From Mobula hypostoma (lineage: Eukaryota), in the NCBI RefSeq assembly GCF_963921235.1, contig NC_086097.1:6510001-6574000 (forward strand): a stretch of DNA of 64,000 nt, read 5' to 3'. The stretch's first letter is position 1, and every line of letters starts with the position of its first letter. Of this stretch, positions 11,810 through 25,339 are shown piece after piece. The notes beneath the pieces were generated by a model. That model saw nothing but the letters and a program-made list of their open reading frames with translations. It searched no databases and had not been told where the DNA came from. The position numbers and the translations under genes were made by a program.

Positions 11810-12975
11810 ATCAAGTTCAAGTTTGTTGTCATTCATCCATACACATGTATACTACCAAATGAAACAATGATCCTCCAGACCAAGGTGCACAACACAGTAC
11901 ACATAACTGACACACAACATATAAAGTAATATTACCACAATTAAATTAACAAATAATAAAATATATTCCAGAAGCTTGACTTTAGGCATGAAGTTTATTT
12001 ACAACGCAGGTCGAAAAGTAAAGAGTATATCGCACTTGGTGCTTCATACATGATGAGGCCTGGATGTGGCTGCGAGTTCAGTGGTCTCACGACCTGGGGA
12101 AGAAGCTGTTTCCCACCCTAACAGCTCTCGTTCTAATCCTACAGTACCTTCAGCCTGATGGTAGGGTTTGAAAGAGATTGTGGGACAGATGGAAGGAGAG
12201 ACAGGATGGATGTGGAGAGGATGTTTCCTCTGGTGGGGGTATCCAGAACTAAAGGGCACAGCCTCTAAATTGAGGGGTGACCTTTTAGAACAGAGGCAAT
12301 GGGGATTTCTTTTAGCCAAAGAGTAGTAAATCTGTGGAATGTTGTGCCACAAACTGTGGTGCAAATCCATTGGTATACTCAAGGCAGAAGTTGATAGTTT
12401 CCTGATCGGTCAAAGCAACAAAGGATATGGCGAGAAGGCAGATGTATAGGATTTTAGTGGGATCCAGGATCAGCCATGATGGAATGGTGGAGCAGATTCG
12501 TGGACTGAGTGACCTAATTCTGCTGTTATGTCTTATGGTTTTATGGAAGGGATCATTGGCCCTGAGTATGCACCGCTCCTGATAAATATCTTGGAGGAGT
12601 GGAAGAGAGACTCTGTTAATCTCTCAGTAGTCCTCACAATCCTTTGTAGGGACTTGCAGTCAGATGCCTTGGAACTACCGCTTCAGATGGTGATGCAGAT
12701 GGTCGGGACACTCTCAGTGGTGCTCCTGAGGGGAGAAACCTCACTCTCTTCAGTTTTCTCAGGAAGTGGAGCTGCTGCTGCTGTGGTTTCCTGACTAAAG
12801 AGGTGGTATTGAGGGACCAGATGAGACTGCACCTCCAGAAACTTGGTGCTCCTAACTCACACCACGGAGGAGCCACTGATGTGCGGTGAGAAGTAGTCAG
12901 TCTGCACCTTCAAAAGTCCACGATCATCTATGTTGATGGCCCAGTTGCTGTGCTCACATCATTCTACAAGCCACA
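11810..12975 (-). mobile_element. Rex1/Babar-type LINE, decayed, split by CR1 12197-12542
   Basis: CAAGTTCAAGTTTGTTGTC tail; LIWSLNTTSLVRKPQQQQLHFLRKL in ORF 12634-12876. Confidence 0.75.
12197..12542 (+). mobile_element. CR1 LINE 3' end with 8-bp TSD ATGGAAGG
   Basis: ATGGAAGG at 12189-12196 and 12543-12550; tail TGTCTTATGGTTTTATGG. Confidence 0.88.
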
Positions 12976-13464
12976 ATCAGCTGGGTAGAGGGCTGCAGTG
13001 CAACTGATTGTTGTCAGTTGTTGAATTTTCCATGGGGAAGGTCAGGTTCTCACCAACTGTCATAGCCATTGTATGTGCAGCTGGACACATGTATTGAGAA
13101 GGTCCTTGCACTGTACTGAGGGACTCTGATGTGCTGGCAGCAAAGTTCCTGGGACATCTGTAATTATGGGACAAGGTAATACCCATAATGCCATTCAGCA
13201 CACTAATGTGAGTCCTGTAGATATAAAATAGTGTCCTGCAAACTGTAGAAGAGTAAAATCAACTGTTTCTCCTGATACTTCCACAATACCTTATTATGTT
13301 GTTTTTTTCGGTTCCACATAAGAAATTCAAGGCAGCCAAATAAAGCACACTCCAAGACTGTAATCATAAATTCTGGAAAAAGTATTAACTACAAAAACAT
13401 GAGTTACAAGTTAATTTTTAGGTAGGATATACAGTAGTTTTAAATTACATGAAGACAAGAGATT

Positions 13465-13582
13465 CTGCTAGAAATCCAGAGCAACACACACAAAGTGCTG
13501 GAGGAACTCAGCAGGTCAGGCAGCACCTATGGAAATAAATAAACAGTTGACATTTTGGGTCGAGACCCTTCATGAGGACTGA
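13465..13582 (-). mobile_element. PLE terminal-repeat fragment with decayed hammerhead
   Basis: Reverse complement CAGTCCTCATGAAGGGTCTCGACCCAAAATGTCAACTG..GCTGAGTTCCTCCAGC. Confidence 0.75.
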
Positions 13583-13734
13583 GCATTACTAAATTAATTA
13601 ACGCACCCAATCAAAAAATAATCTCACTAATTTGTATCAACCTTTGGTAGCTGATCACAACTGTCAAAATAAAATACACGTACATTATAATTGAATTAGA
13701 TCCAGAATCAGAATCAGTCTTAAAATGTGTGGAG

Positions 13735-14405
13735 TCCTTATGCAGGAATCCTACAGGTTAACTTACAGGTTGAGTCTGTGGTGAGGAAGGCAAATGCAGT
13801 ATAAGCATTCATTTCAAGAGGACTAGAATATAAAAGCAAGGATGTAATGTTGAAACTTTATAAAGCACTGGTGAGCCCTCACTTGGTGTATTGTGAGCAT
13901 GTTTGGGCCACTTCTCTCAGAGAGGATGTGCTGAAACTGGAGAGGGTTCAAAGGAGGTTTCAGGAAAATGACTCTAGGATTGAATGGCTTGTCATATGAA
14001 GAGCATCTGATGGTTCTGGACCTGTATTCACTAGAACTCAGAAGAAGGAGGGGTGACTTCATTGAAGCCTATGGAATGATGAAGGGCCCTGATAGAGTGG
14101 ATTTGGAAAGGAGGCTTCCTAAGGTGGGACCAGAGGACAACATCTTAGAATAGAGTGGCATCATTTTAGAATGGAGATGAGGAGGAATTTCTTTAGCCAG
14201 AGAGTGGTGAATCTGTGGAATTCTTTGCCACAAGCAGCTGTGGAGGTCAAGTCTTTTGGTGTATTTAAGGCAGAGGTTGATAGATTCTTGATTGGTCAGA
14301 ACATGGATGGATACGGGGAGAAGGCAGGAGATTGGGGCTGAGAGGAAAACCATGATGAAATGGTGGAGCAGACTTGATGGGCCAAATGGCCTCATTCTGC
14401 ACATA
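13735..14405 (+). mobile_element. CR1 LINE 3' part, decayed
   Basis: GLSYEEHL..LYSLELRRRRGDFIE in ORF 13968-14153; CR1 3' UTR. Confidence 0.85.
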
Positions 14406-15209
14406 AAAACTATATATCTATGTATGTATGTGTTTGTGTATACATACATAAAATAGATACATTAAATAACCTTAGTGTAAAAAATAAAAATAAAAAGGCA
14501 GTGAGGTAGTGCTCATGGGTTCAATGTTCATGCAGAAATCAGACTGCAGAGAGGAAGAAGCTGCTTTTGAATCATTGTTTCAGAAGCACATTTATTTCTG
14601 TTCTGTTTCTTGTGCAAACTTAACAATTTAAGTTTATTTACAGTCAATGGCAATTTTAAGATCAATAAAAATGTTAGTTTATGACTTGATCATTACAAAT
14701 TGGCAAGGAAAGTAATATATATATACTCGCCTACAATCTGCACTGATCCCAACAGATGGTGAATATTAATGTAATGTTATCTGACCTGATCGATGATGAA
14801 GGGATTAAGGATTCATGCCTCTGATGAAGATTCCTGTCGGGATTATCGACCCAGTCTATTACATGGTTAATTGCAGAGTCACTCTGATTGATATCACTAA
14901 TAACTACCTGCTTTGTTCTTCAAATTGTCCATTAAAACCAAAGGAGTTAGCAATTAGATGATAAATGGATTCTTGCTTGAAACCTTTTAAATAGCTTTTA
15001 CTCTCATTCTACAGGGCAGTTTCATAAATTTCAGATATTTTCTGTATTTTCAGAAATTGTAATCTGAATCATGCATTTATCTGAATTTAAACGTACACAT
15101 TTTCAAATTGCTTCAATCCATTTTGGACAAAAGGATCCCAGTGGTATCATTGGGATGTCTAGACTCTTCTGTGTCCAGCATCACTTTACTGTTCTGTGGC
15201 ACAGCAAGC

Positions 15210-16430
15210 AGTTTCAAACTCCTGGGAGTGCACATCTCGCACAAACTCTCCTGGTCCCAAAACATATTGTGCACAATCAGGAAAGTTAACCAATGCCGCT
15301 CCTATCTCTGGGAGCTGAGGAGAGCTGGGCTATGCACATCTATATTCACATCATTCTACAGGATGCAGTAGAGAGCATCCCAACCGGCTGCCCCCAGTGT
15401 GGCCTCCTCAATATCGATGAAGCCAGATGTAGATGGGGAGACTATTTCGCTGAGCACCCACACTCCATCCACCAAAAAAGTAGGATCTCCCAGAGGCCTC
15501 TCATTTTAATTCCACTTCCCATTCCCATTCTGATATAACATTCCATAGCCTCCTCTACTGTCTCGATGAGGTCACACTCACGTTGGAGGAACAACACCCT
15601 ATATTCCGTCTGGGTAGCTTCCAACCTGATGGCATGAACATTGATTTCTTCAACTTCTGGTAATGACCCCCTCCCCTCCCTTCACCAGTCCCTATCCCCT
15701 TTTCCCTCTCTCACCTTATCTCCTTGCCTGCCCATCGCCTCCCTCTGGTGCTTCTTCCCACTTTTCTTTCTTCCATGGCCTTCTGTTCTCTCCTTTCAAA
15801 CTCTCCCTTCTTCAGCCCTGTATCTCTTCCACCAATCAACTTCCCAGCTCTTTACGTCATTACTCCTCCTCCTGGTTTCACCTGTCACCTTGCCTTTCTC
15901 TCTCCCCTCCCCCACCTTGTAAATCTACTCCTCATCTTTTTTTCTCCAGTCTTGCCGAAGGGGCTCAGCCCAAAATGTCCCCTGTACCTTTTTCCGTAGA
16001 TGCTGCCTGCCTGCTGAGTTCCATCTCTGCATGATGTGGAAACTGCACTGTAGCAGATGGGAAGGCATTACAACAGGTAGTCAAAACTGCCCAACGTATC
16101 ACTGGCACCAGTCTGCATGCAAGGACATATATATATATAGAAAAGTGCATCAGGGTGGAAGCTACGTAACATCCACACCAGGGCCACCAGACTCAAAAAC
16201 AGTTGCTTTCCCCAAGCAGCAACTCTGATCAACACCTCCACCCACTAACGCACCATCCACACCCCCAACCACCACCATTTTATCACTTCCAGTCAGAGTC
16301 ACCTTATGTACAGACACTCCTGTACCCAGCGTCACTTTATAGACATACAATCAGTCAATGTACAGTATATAAACTATCTTAGATATTTATATTTATTATG
16401 TCTTTTTTAATATTGTGTTTTTTGTGTTGT
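15210..16430 (+). mobile_element. Rex1/Babar-type 3' part split by a Penelope-like insert (about 15391-16021)
   Basis: ESIPTGC stops at 15390 and the I.A..GNCT continuation resumes at about 16022. The insert carries GIY-YIG C-terminal sequence, a pyrimidine-rich terminal repeat and a decayed hammerhead at about 15947-15985. Confidence 0.8.
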
Positions 16431-16512
16431 ATAAAATTAAAAACATACCTATTTACTGCCCATTATGCTGCTGCCAATTAGGGCAGCAATAAAGGTCCTC
16501 CAATAAAGGTGT

Positions 16513-16580
16513 TGGCGCGTGGCCAAGTGGTTAAGGCATCAGTCTAATAATCTGAAGGTTGCTAGTTCAAGCCTCAGCTG
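16513..16580 (+). mobile_element. tRNA-derived SINE head (not an intact tRNA)
   Basis: A-box TGGCCAAGTGG and B-box-like AGTTCAAGCC; acceptor and anticodon stems do not close. Confidence 0.55.
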
Positions 16581-16799
16581 TAATAAGTAAATAAGTAAAT
16601 TTAATGTCAGAGAACTGTATATAATATACGCACATCCTGAAATTATTTTTCTTCGCAGACATCCACAAAATCAGAGTGCCCCAAAGAATGGGTGACAGTT
16701 AAGTGTTAGAATGCCAAAGTCCCTCCCCAGCTCTTCCCTCCCATGCAGCAAACCACGACACCCCCCACCAGCACCAGCAAAAATGTACCGGCACCCCCC

Positions 16800-17965
16800 A
16801 CGATCAACTCCTCAAAACTTATCAATAAGCTTCAAGTCCTGGGCCTCAATACCTCCTTTTGCAATTGGATTCTGGATTTCTTCATTCGTAGACACCAGTC
16901 AGTTCAAATTGGCAAAAACATCTCTTCCATGTTCTTCATCAGCGCAGGGGAATCACAGGACTGTGTGCTTAACGTCTGCTTTACACGTTTTACACTTGAG
17001 ACTGTGCAGCTAAGCACAGCTCCAACACCATAATCAAGTTTGCTGATGACACCACTGCTGTGGGCCCTATCAAAGATGGTGATGAATCAGCATGCAGGAC
17101 GGAAATTGAAAATTTGGCTCCGTGGTGCTATGCCTATAGCCTCTCACTGAATGTCAGTAAACTGATTGTAGACTTCAGGAGAGGGAAATAAGAGGTCCAT
17201 GAGCCAGTCCTCATTGGAGGATCGGGGTAGCGAGGGTCAGCAACTTTAAGTTCCTATTACAGAAGACCTGTCCTGGACCGGGCATGTAAATGCATTTACG
17301 AAGAAAGCATGACAGCATCTCTGCTACCTCAGGAGTCTGCCGAGATTTAGCACGACATCAAAAACTATGACAAAACTTTTCTAACTGTGTAGTGGAGAGT
17401 GTATTAATTGGCTGCATTACAGCCACATACAGAAACACCAATGCCTTTGAATGAAAAATCCTATGAAAGGCAGTGGATTCAGCCCAGTATGTCACAGGTA
17501 AAGCCTTCCTAACAACAGTTGAAACACTGTTGTAGGAAAACAGGATCCACATCAGAAATCCTCATCACCCAGGCCATGCTCTTTTCTCACGACTGCATTC
17601 ACATAGAAGATACAAGAGCCTCAGATCGACTCACACCCACACAATTACTACTCCTCAACCATCAAGCTCTTGTACAAAAGGGGATAACCACACTCTCTTG
17701 TCCACCCATTGGGGTTCCCACCACCAATGATCTCACTTTAAGGAACCTTCATCTTCTTGTCTCATGTTCTTCTTATTTATTGCTATTTCTTTATATTTGC
17801 CTTTGCATAGTTGGTTGTCTTCTGCACTCTAATTTAATCGTTCATTGATCCTGTTAAAGTTACTATTCTATAGGTTTGCTGAGTATGCCCACAGAAATAT
17901 AATTCACAGAGCTGTGGTGACATACACTGTAAGTACTCCGATAATGAAATCTACTTTGAATTTTT
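16800..17965 (+). mobile_element. Rex1/Babar-type LINE, decayed RT to 3' UTR
   Basis: LGLNTSFCNWILDFF (ORF 16743-17033), AAGTTTGCTGATGACACC (KFADDT) and an ACTTTGAA-type tail. Confidence 0.85.
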
Positions 17966-18131
17966 AACCTTGAGCCTGAAGACACACTCTCAATGCTTGA
18001 GAAACAGCTCCTTCCCCTCCTCCATTGGATTTCTGAATGGATAATGAACACATGTACACTATCTGAGTATTTTTGGACTCTCCTTTTGAACTACTTTGAT
18101 TTAATTAAATAAGTAGTGCAAAAACTTAATT

Positions 18132-18448
18132 TGGGTACCACGTTTGCATAGCAGATAACGTGATGCTATTAGAGCTCAGAGTTCAGAGTTCAACCCTGGC
18201 ATTCTCTGTAAGGAGTCTGTACATCCTCCCTGTAGAATGTCTGGGTTTTCTCCAGGTGCTCCAGTTTCCTCCCACAGTCCAAAGACCTACTGGTTAGTAG
18301 GTTAATTGGTCATTGTAAATTGTCTCGTGATGAGGTTAGAGTTCATCGCGGTGTTGTTGGGGGTTGTTGGGACAACATGGCTCGGAGGGCTGGAAGAGCC
18401 TACTTTGTACTGTAATGCTAAATAAATAAACAAACAAATAAATAAATA
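18132..18448 (+). mobile_element. V-domain (HE1-like) SINE
   Basis: GGTGCTCCAGTTTCCTCCCACAGTCCAAAGAC core and (AAAT)n tail. Confidence 0.85.
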
Positions 18449-18819
18449 ACTTTTTAACTTACAGTCATTATGTATTGCAATGACCATTGCCGCAAAACAA
18501 CAACTTTCACAACATATGCCAAGGATATTAAACCTGATTCTGATGTGGATCCTATTTTTTTAAGACAGCTCAGGAGTTTCAAAATATCTTGAGGAACAAT
18601 CTTCAGAAGGAACACAGTAGATCAAGCTGTGGAGTGAAAAGAATTATTGGCCATTTAACCCAAAACCTCCAGATTCCAGTATCTAGGTTCTCATGTGTCT
18701 CACCAGAAGAATTCAGATGTTTCAAAAGCCTGCATTAACAAGTCATCACATGCTAATTTTCACTTGGCTGTCACTGGTAATTTGTTGATGTACCAAGGTA
18801 CAGTAAAAAGCTTAACTAT

Positions 18820-19340
18820 ATGATCATAAGACATAGAAACAATATTAGACTACTCGGCCCTTCAAATTTGCTCCACCATTCCATTGTGGTTGATGTATTA
18901 TCCCTCTCAACACCATTCCCCTGCCCTCTCCTTGTAAACTTTGATGCACTAACTAATCCAGAAACTATCAACCTCTGCTTTAAATAGATCCATTGACTGG
19001 GCCTCCACAACAGCCTGTGGTGATAGATTCCAACTGATTTACTTACCTTTGGCTAAAGATATTCTTCCTCACCTCTGTTCTAAATGGGCATCCCTTCTGT
19101 TCTGAGGCTGTGCCCTCTCGTCTTACTATAGGAAACATATTCATATCCACTCTGTCTAGGGCTTTAAATATTTGATAGGTTTCAATGACATCTCTCCTTA
19201 TCCTTCTGAACTCCAGCAAGTGCAGACCCAAACCTACCAAATACTCCTCATATGTTAACCATTTTATTTCTCGAATTATTCTTGTGAAAGTCCTCCAGTC
19301 ACACTCCAAAGCCAGTGCATCTTTTCATAGATAGGGGACC
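18820..19340 (-). mobile_element. CR1 LINE 3' part
   Basis: ORF 19043-19309 LTYEEYL..LEFRRIRRDVIETY..FRTEVRKNIFSQR. Confidence 0.85.
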
Positions 19341-19599
19341 TGTGAGACGTCATTGATTAAAGATGCAATGTGAGGTTTAAAATGAGCTTGTGTGCTTTCT
19401 GTTTTTTTCTCGGTAGGTAGCAAATAGTGTAGGGCCAATAAAAAGAAAGGAGTTGTAAGCACTTTGGAGTGGGGCATTATGAGAATGGCCTGCTTTGGTC
19501 TGGTTAAACTGCACTTGGAGTGAGAAGTTTTAGAAGAAGAAGCAACGATTTCACTTAAGTCCGTAGCTGAAGATTAGAAAATGCAGTCCTTCATGGCAG

Positions 19600-22500
19600 T
19601 TTTCAGAGTTAGACTGTGCCCAATCAGTGAACGGGATTCATTTGAAAGGAAAAATAAAAATAAAGCAAGGGCAAACAGAGTGGCTGATTTTTAATTGGCT
19701 GGTGTTAGAGTGGCTTTGGCTCATCAGGCTTCAGCTAGATCTGGCTTGGGCGATGTAAGTAGTTGGTAAGTTTCACATTTTCTTTATTCTCCATTCCTGG
19801 TCTGTTGTGGCAGAGTTAGCACAGTGAGAATAGCTCCAGGGCCAGTGCAGAGTGCCCCTGTGGGCATTATCCCCAATACTAAGTAGAGTGTTTTGAATAA
19901 TGTTCAGCAGGACAACACACCGGGAGGAGCCACAGCGACTGGGTCTCTGACACTGAGTCTGGTGCTGTGTCACAGAAGAGAAGAGAGATGAAGAGAACTG
20001 CAGTGTTGATAGGAGATTCCATAATTAGAGGAGAAGAGGCGAGATTCGTATAGGTTTCTGCATTCTAAAGGGAGCATGTGAGCAGCCAGAAGTCTTGGTG
20101 CATTTTGGCACCAATGACGTGGGTAGGACAGATGAGAAAGTCCTGAGAGAGATTTTAAGGAGCTAGGTAGAAGGATGAAAAGCAAGACCTCCAGTGTAGT
20201 AATCTCGGGATTGCAGCCCGTGCCATGATATAGTGAGAGTAAGAATAGGATGATTTGTCGGTTGGATGTGTGGTTGAAGGACTCGTGCAGGGGCAGTTCA
20301 GACTTCTGAATCATTGGGATTTCTTCTTTGGAAGATATGACCTGTACTGAAGGGACACTTGAACCCAAGGGGAACCAATATCCTTGCGGGACAATTTGCT
20401 GGAGCAGTTTGGGAGGCGGTTGGGAACCAGAAAGATAGGGCTGATGATGAGGTAGTTGATGAGGCAGTGTGCAAGCAAGGAGAGACTGACGATAGGCCAA
20501 AATTGCAGTGAATGGGATGAGTTGCAATAATGCAAACCGGGAACAAAATCAAAAAAAGGTGAATACAGGACACAAAGGTGTTATACAGAGGTAGGCAATC
20601 TGAAGCACAAATGATTTTCTAGCATGCGTTATTCATTAATTTGAGGCCAAACATAACTAGATGTATTTAAATGGATAATTCCCATATTTCAAGTTTTGTA
20701 TGGCATTTATCTGGCCCACCATCTGCTCATTAATACGCGAACCGGCCCACAGAGGCAAAAAGGTTGCTGACCCCTGGTGTTATATTTGAATGTGAACAGT
20801 ATCCAGAAAAAGATAGATGAACTTTTAGCACAGTTACAGATTAGCATGTATGATGTGTGCATCACTGAATCATGGCTGAAAGATGATTATAGCTGGGAGC
20901 TTAATGCCCAAGGATGCACATTGTATTGGAAGGATGGGCAGGTAGGCAGAGGGGGTGGGGTGGCTTTGTTGGTAAAAAAATTAAATCATTAAAAATAGGT
21001 GACATATACTCATAAGGTGTAAAATCATTGTGGATAGAACTAAGGAACAGCAAAGGTAAAAAGACCCTGATAGGATTTATATACAGTCTAAACAGTAGCA
21101 AAGACATAGTCTACAAATTACAACAGGAGATTGAAAAGTCATGTCAAAAGGCCAATGTTATGGTAGGCAAGGGGGATTTCAATATGCAGGTTGATTGGGA
21201 AAATCAGGGTGGTAAAATTCTAGAATGCCTGTGACATGGGTCCTTAGAGCAGTTCATAACTGAGCCCACCAGCTATTCTGGATTGGGTGTTGTGCAAGGA
21301 AACAGAATTGATTAGAGAGTATAAGGTAAAGGATCACTTGGGGACCAGTGATTGCAATATGATAGAATTCACCGCGTAATTTGAGAGGAAGAAACTAAAG
21401 TCGGATGTGTCAGTATTACAGGGGGTAAAGTGTATTACAGAAACATGAGAGAGCAGCTGGTCAAAAATTGATTGGAAAAGAACATTAGCAGGGATGACAG
21501 CCAAGAGTTTCTGGGAACAATGTGGAAGACACAGGACATATACATTCCAAATAAGAAGTTTTCTACATGCAGGATGATGCAATCATGGCTGACAAGAGAA
21601 GCCAAAGAGACGGTAAATGATAGAACAAAAATTAGTGGGAAGTTAGAGGATTGGGAAGCTTTTAAAATCAACAGAAGGCAAATGAAAAAAGTCATAAAGA
21701 AGGAAAAGATGGAATATGTATGCATCCTAGACAATAACATTAAAGTGGATACAAAAAGTTTCTTCAGATATATAAAGGGTAAAAGAGAGATGAGGGTAGA
21801 TATCAGACCACAGGTAAATGATGCTGCCGAGGTAGTAATGGGGGACAAGGAAATGGTGATGAACTGAATGAGTATTTTTCATCAGTCTCCACTGTGGAAG
21901 ATGCTAGCGGTCTGCTGGAGGTTCAAAAGTGTCAGGGAGCAAAAGTGAATGATGTTGCCATTCACCACTCTCTGGCTAAAAAAATTCTAAAATTCTGGAT
22001 AAAGAAAAATTAGAGAAAGTTCTTGGGAAATGAAAAGGTCTGAAGGTAGATAAGTCATCTGAACCAGATGGTGTACACCTCAGACTTCTGAAAAAGATGG
22101 CTGAAGAGATCATGGAGGCATTAGTAATGATCTTTTAAAAATCAATAGATTCTGCAATGTTTTCAGAAGATTGGAAAGTTGCAAATGTCAATCCACTCTT
22201 CAAGAAAGGAGAGAGGCAGAAGAAAGGAAATAATAGGCCAGTTAGCCCTGACCTCAGTGGTTGAGAAGATGTTGGAGACGATTGTTAAGGATGTGGTTTT
22301 GGGTTACTAGGAGGCACATGATAAAATAGACTAAGTTCCACAGCGTTCTGTGTTGGGACTGTTTCTTTCTAAAATTGATGTCAATGACTTTGATGACGGA
22401 ATTGATGGCTTTGTAGCCAAATTTGCAGACGATATGAAGGTAGGTGGAGGTACAGGTAGTTTTGAAGAAACAGAGAGGCTGCAGAAGGACTTAGACAGAT

Positions 22501-23332
22501 TAAGAGAATGGGCAAATAAGTGGCAGATGGATTAGAGTATCAGAAGTGTATGGCCATGCACTTTGGTGGAAGAAATAAAATGCAGACTATTTTCTCAATG
22601 GAGAGAAAATCAAAAAATCTGAGATGCAAAGGGACTTGGGAGTCATTATGCAGGATTCCCTGAAGGCTAACTTGCACATTGAGCCAGTGGTGAGGAAGGC
22701 AACTGCAATGTTAACATTCATGTTGAGAGGACTATAAAAGCAAAGATGTAATGTTGAGACTTTAGAAAGCACTGCTGAGGCTTCACTTGGAGTACTGAGA
22801 GCAGTTTTGGGGTCCTTATCTAAGAAACGATGTGCTGACATTGGAGAGCATTCAAAGGAGGTTCATGAAAATGATTTAAGGATTGAAAAACTTATCATAT
22901 CAGGGCCTATACTCCCTGGAATTCAGAAGAATAAGGGGGAATCTCACTGAAACCCATCCAATGTTGAAAGGCCTCAATAGAGTGGGTGTGGAGAGAATGT
23001 TTCCTATGGTGGGGGAGTCTAAGACCAGAGACACAGCCCATTTAGACCAGAAAAGAAGGACGTCCATTTAGAAGGGAGATGAGGAGGAATTTCTTTAGAC
23101 AGAGAGTGATCCATCCATGGAATTCCTTGCATAGGTGGCTCTGGATGTCAAGTCATTGGGTATATTTAAGATAGTAGTTGATAAGCTCTTGATTAGTCAG
23201 GGCAAGAAAGGATACTAGGAGAAGGCAAGAGACTGGCACTGACAGGGAAATAGATCAGAGCCATGAATAAATGGCAGAGAAGACATGATGATTCAAATGG
23301 CTTATTTCAGCTCCTATATCTTATGGTCTTAT
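19600..23332 (+). mobile_element. Near full-length decayed CR1 LINE (ORF1 SGNH esterase remnant, ORF2 EN-RT with deletions)
   Basis: RTAVLIGDSII at about 19994; VLYLNVNSI, WIELRNSKGKK, KFADDMKVGG, GLYSLEFRR; tail ATCTTATGGTCTTAT. Confidence 0.9.
20586..20776. mobile_element. hAT (Charlie-like) MITE, 191 bp, inserted at the start of CR1 ORF2
   Basis: TIRs CAGAGGTAGGCAA / TTGCTGACCCCTG; perfect 8-bp TSD GTGTTATA at 20578-20585 and 20777-20784. Confidence 0.9.
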
Positions 23333-23334
23333 TA

Positions 23335-23760
23335 TCCAGAGGATGTTCATGAGAATGATTGCAGGAACAAAAGGGTTAATGTATGAGAAGTGTTTGATGG
23401 TTCTGGGCCTGTACTCACTGAGATTTGTAAGAATGTGAGGAGATCTCACTGAATCCTATTGAATATTGAAAGGGCTGTATAGCATGGATGTGGAGAAGAT
23501 GTTTCCTATAGTGGGGAGTCTATGTTCAGAGGACACAGGCTCAGAATAGAGGGATGTCCACTTAGAACAGAGATGAAGGAAAAATTCTTTAGCCAGAAGG
23601 TGAAGAATTTGAGGAATTATTTGCCATGGACAACTGTATTTACAGCAGTGGTTGATTGATTCTTGATTAATCAGGGTGTCAAAGGTTACGTGGAGAAGGA
23701 ATGGTGGATCAGACTTGATGGTCTGAATTCTGCTCCTATGTCTTATAGTCTTATGGTCAT
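23335..23760 (+). mobile_element. CR1 LINE 3' fragment, in tandem with the previous CR1
   Basis: GGCCTGTACTCACTGAGATTT..; tail ATGTCTTATAGTCTTATGG. Confidence 0.8.
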
Positions 23761-23908
23761 ACACTGCTCACAATACTTTAAGTCTTGCATTGCTCATAGA
23801 AATAGTCTCATCACATCAGTACATTAATGGACGATCAACAGAACACAGAACATGTTACTACAATTACAGAGAAAGTGCAATATAGGCAGACAATAGGATG
23901 CAAGGCTA

Positions 23909-24384
23909 CGAGGGGTGATTGATAGTTCGTAGTCTAAGGTAGAAGGAGTCAATTTTAGAAAACCTAGCACATTTATTTTTCAACATAGTCCCCTCCTACA
24001 TTTACACACTTAGTCCAGCAGTTGTGGAGCATATGGATCTTGGAGCCCCCGAAAGCGTCCACAGCAGGGGTGATTGATAAGTTCGTGGCCTAAGGTAGAA
24101 GGAGATGAGTTATTAACTGCAAACTTTCTGCATAATCACTCAAAGCATTGCATTGCATGTGCATGTAACAAGTGCTGTATAACTCATCTCCTTCTACCTT
24201 AGGCCACTAACTTATCAATTACCCATGCTGTGGACACTTTCTGGAGGTCCAAGATCCGTATGCTCCATGACCGCTGGACTAAGTGTGTAAATGTAGTAGG
24301 GGACTATGTTGAAAAATAAATGTGCTAGGTTTTCTAAAATTGACTCCTTCTACTTTAGGCCACAAACTTATCAATCACCCCTCT
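23909..24384. mobile_element. Tc1/mariner-type foldback MITE, 476 bp
   Basis: TA (23907-08) CGAGGGGTGATTGA...TCAATCACCCCTCT TA (24385-86); inverted arms of about 205 bp (23909-24113, 24179-24384) around a 65-bp spacer. Confidence 0.92.
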
Positions 24385-25339
24385 TATGTTGAGGTAGATT
24401 GTGTGATAAAGGGTTCATCTCATTTTACAATAGTTTTGTTCAGTCATCTTATAATAGCAGGATAGAAGCTGTCCTGTGAATCTGTGGAATTCATTGCCAC
24501 GTTTGGCTGTGGAGGCCAAGAAATTGGATACATTTAAAGTGAAGTTTGATATGTTCTTGATTACTTCAAGGGTACAGGGAGAATGCAGGAGAGTGAAGTT
24601 GAGAAGGGAAGTAAAGTCAGTTCTGAGGTGGCTGAAGGAGCTAAACTGAGAATTACTGACTCTTCCATTGATGAGGCATGGAGGTGGGTTGTGTGTAACG
24701 GGGTACATTACTTCCACCATTACCGCAGACCCTCTGTGTGCTCACAGTGCATGGCCTTGAGATGGACATACACTTTCTCCATCTCAATAAGTTATGCACC
24801 AGGGATTCCCAGTCAATGAGGACATTTCACTTTCTCTAATAGGTCGTAAACCCACCTCCTCCCTGCTCAGTCTCATGGACTAGATTCATTTTTAAGGGAG
24901 GGAAAAATGCCAGGGGCCTGGAAAATATTAAGCATAGCCATCATTTGGATGAACAAGTTTTATTACAGCACGACAAGAGTACATCTGGTGTATTATTCCC
25001 ATTTTAGCATTTTGAAAGTTTTTGTTTTAAATCTGACACCCCTGCTTGCTGGTGGCATTTTTAGATTCCTTGCCAAAAGCCTGTCTAATTTCATTTTAAT
25101 GCAATTATCTTCTATCCCCTCCTCAGGTAGTACTTTAGAGCCTGACAATTCTCTGAGAGAAAGTGCTTCTCCTTCTGTGACCCTGCATTCTATCACCAAT
25201 AATATTGAATGACCTTTGCTTATTACCCATTTGTCAACAAGAATTGAGATTCTCTGTATTGAAATGTCAGCTTGAAATCTCGGTATGAATGTTGTGCTGG
25301 GAGGGGCACCAGTTCTACACTCTGCCTCTTGTCTTCACC

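Noticed and set aside
16513..16580. Possible tRNA gene
   Set aside because: A and B boxes are present but the cloverleaf does not close; treated as a SINE head.
19970..20527. 185-aa minus-strand ORF (likewise 37976-38515 and 39314-39718)
   Set aside because: Antisense shadows of CR1 coding sequence.
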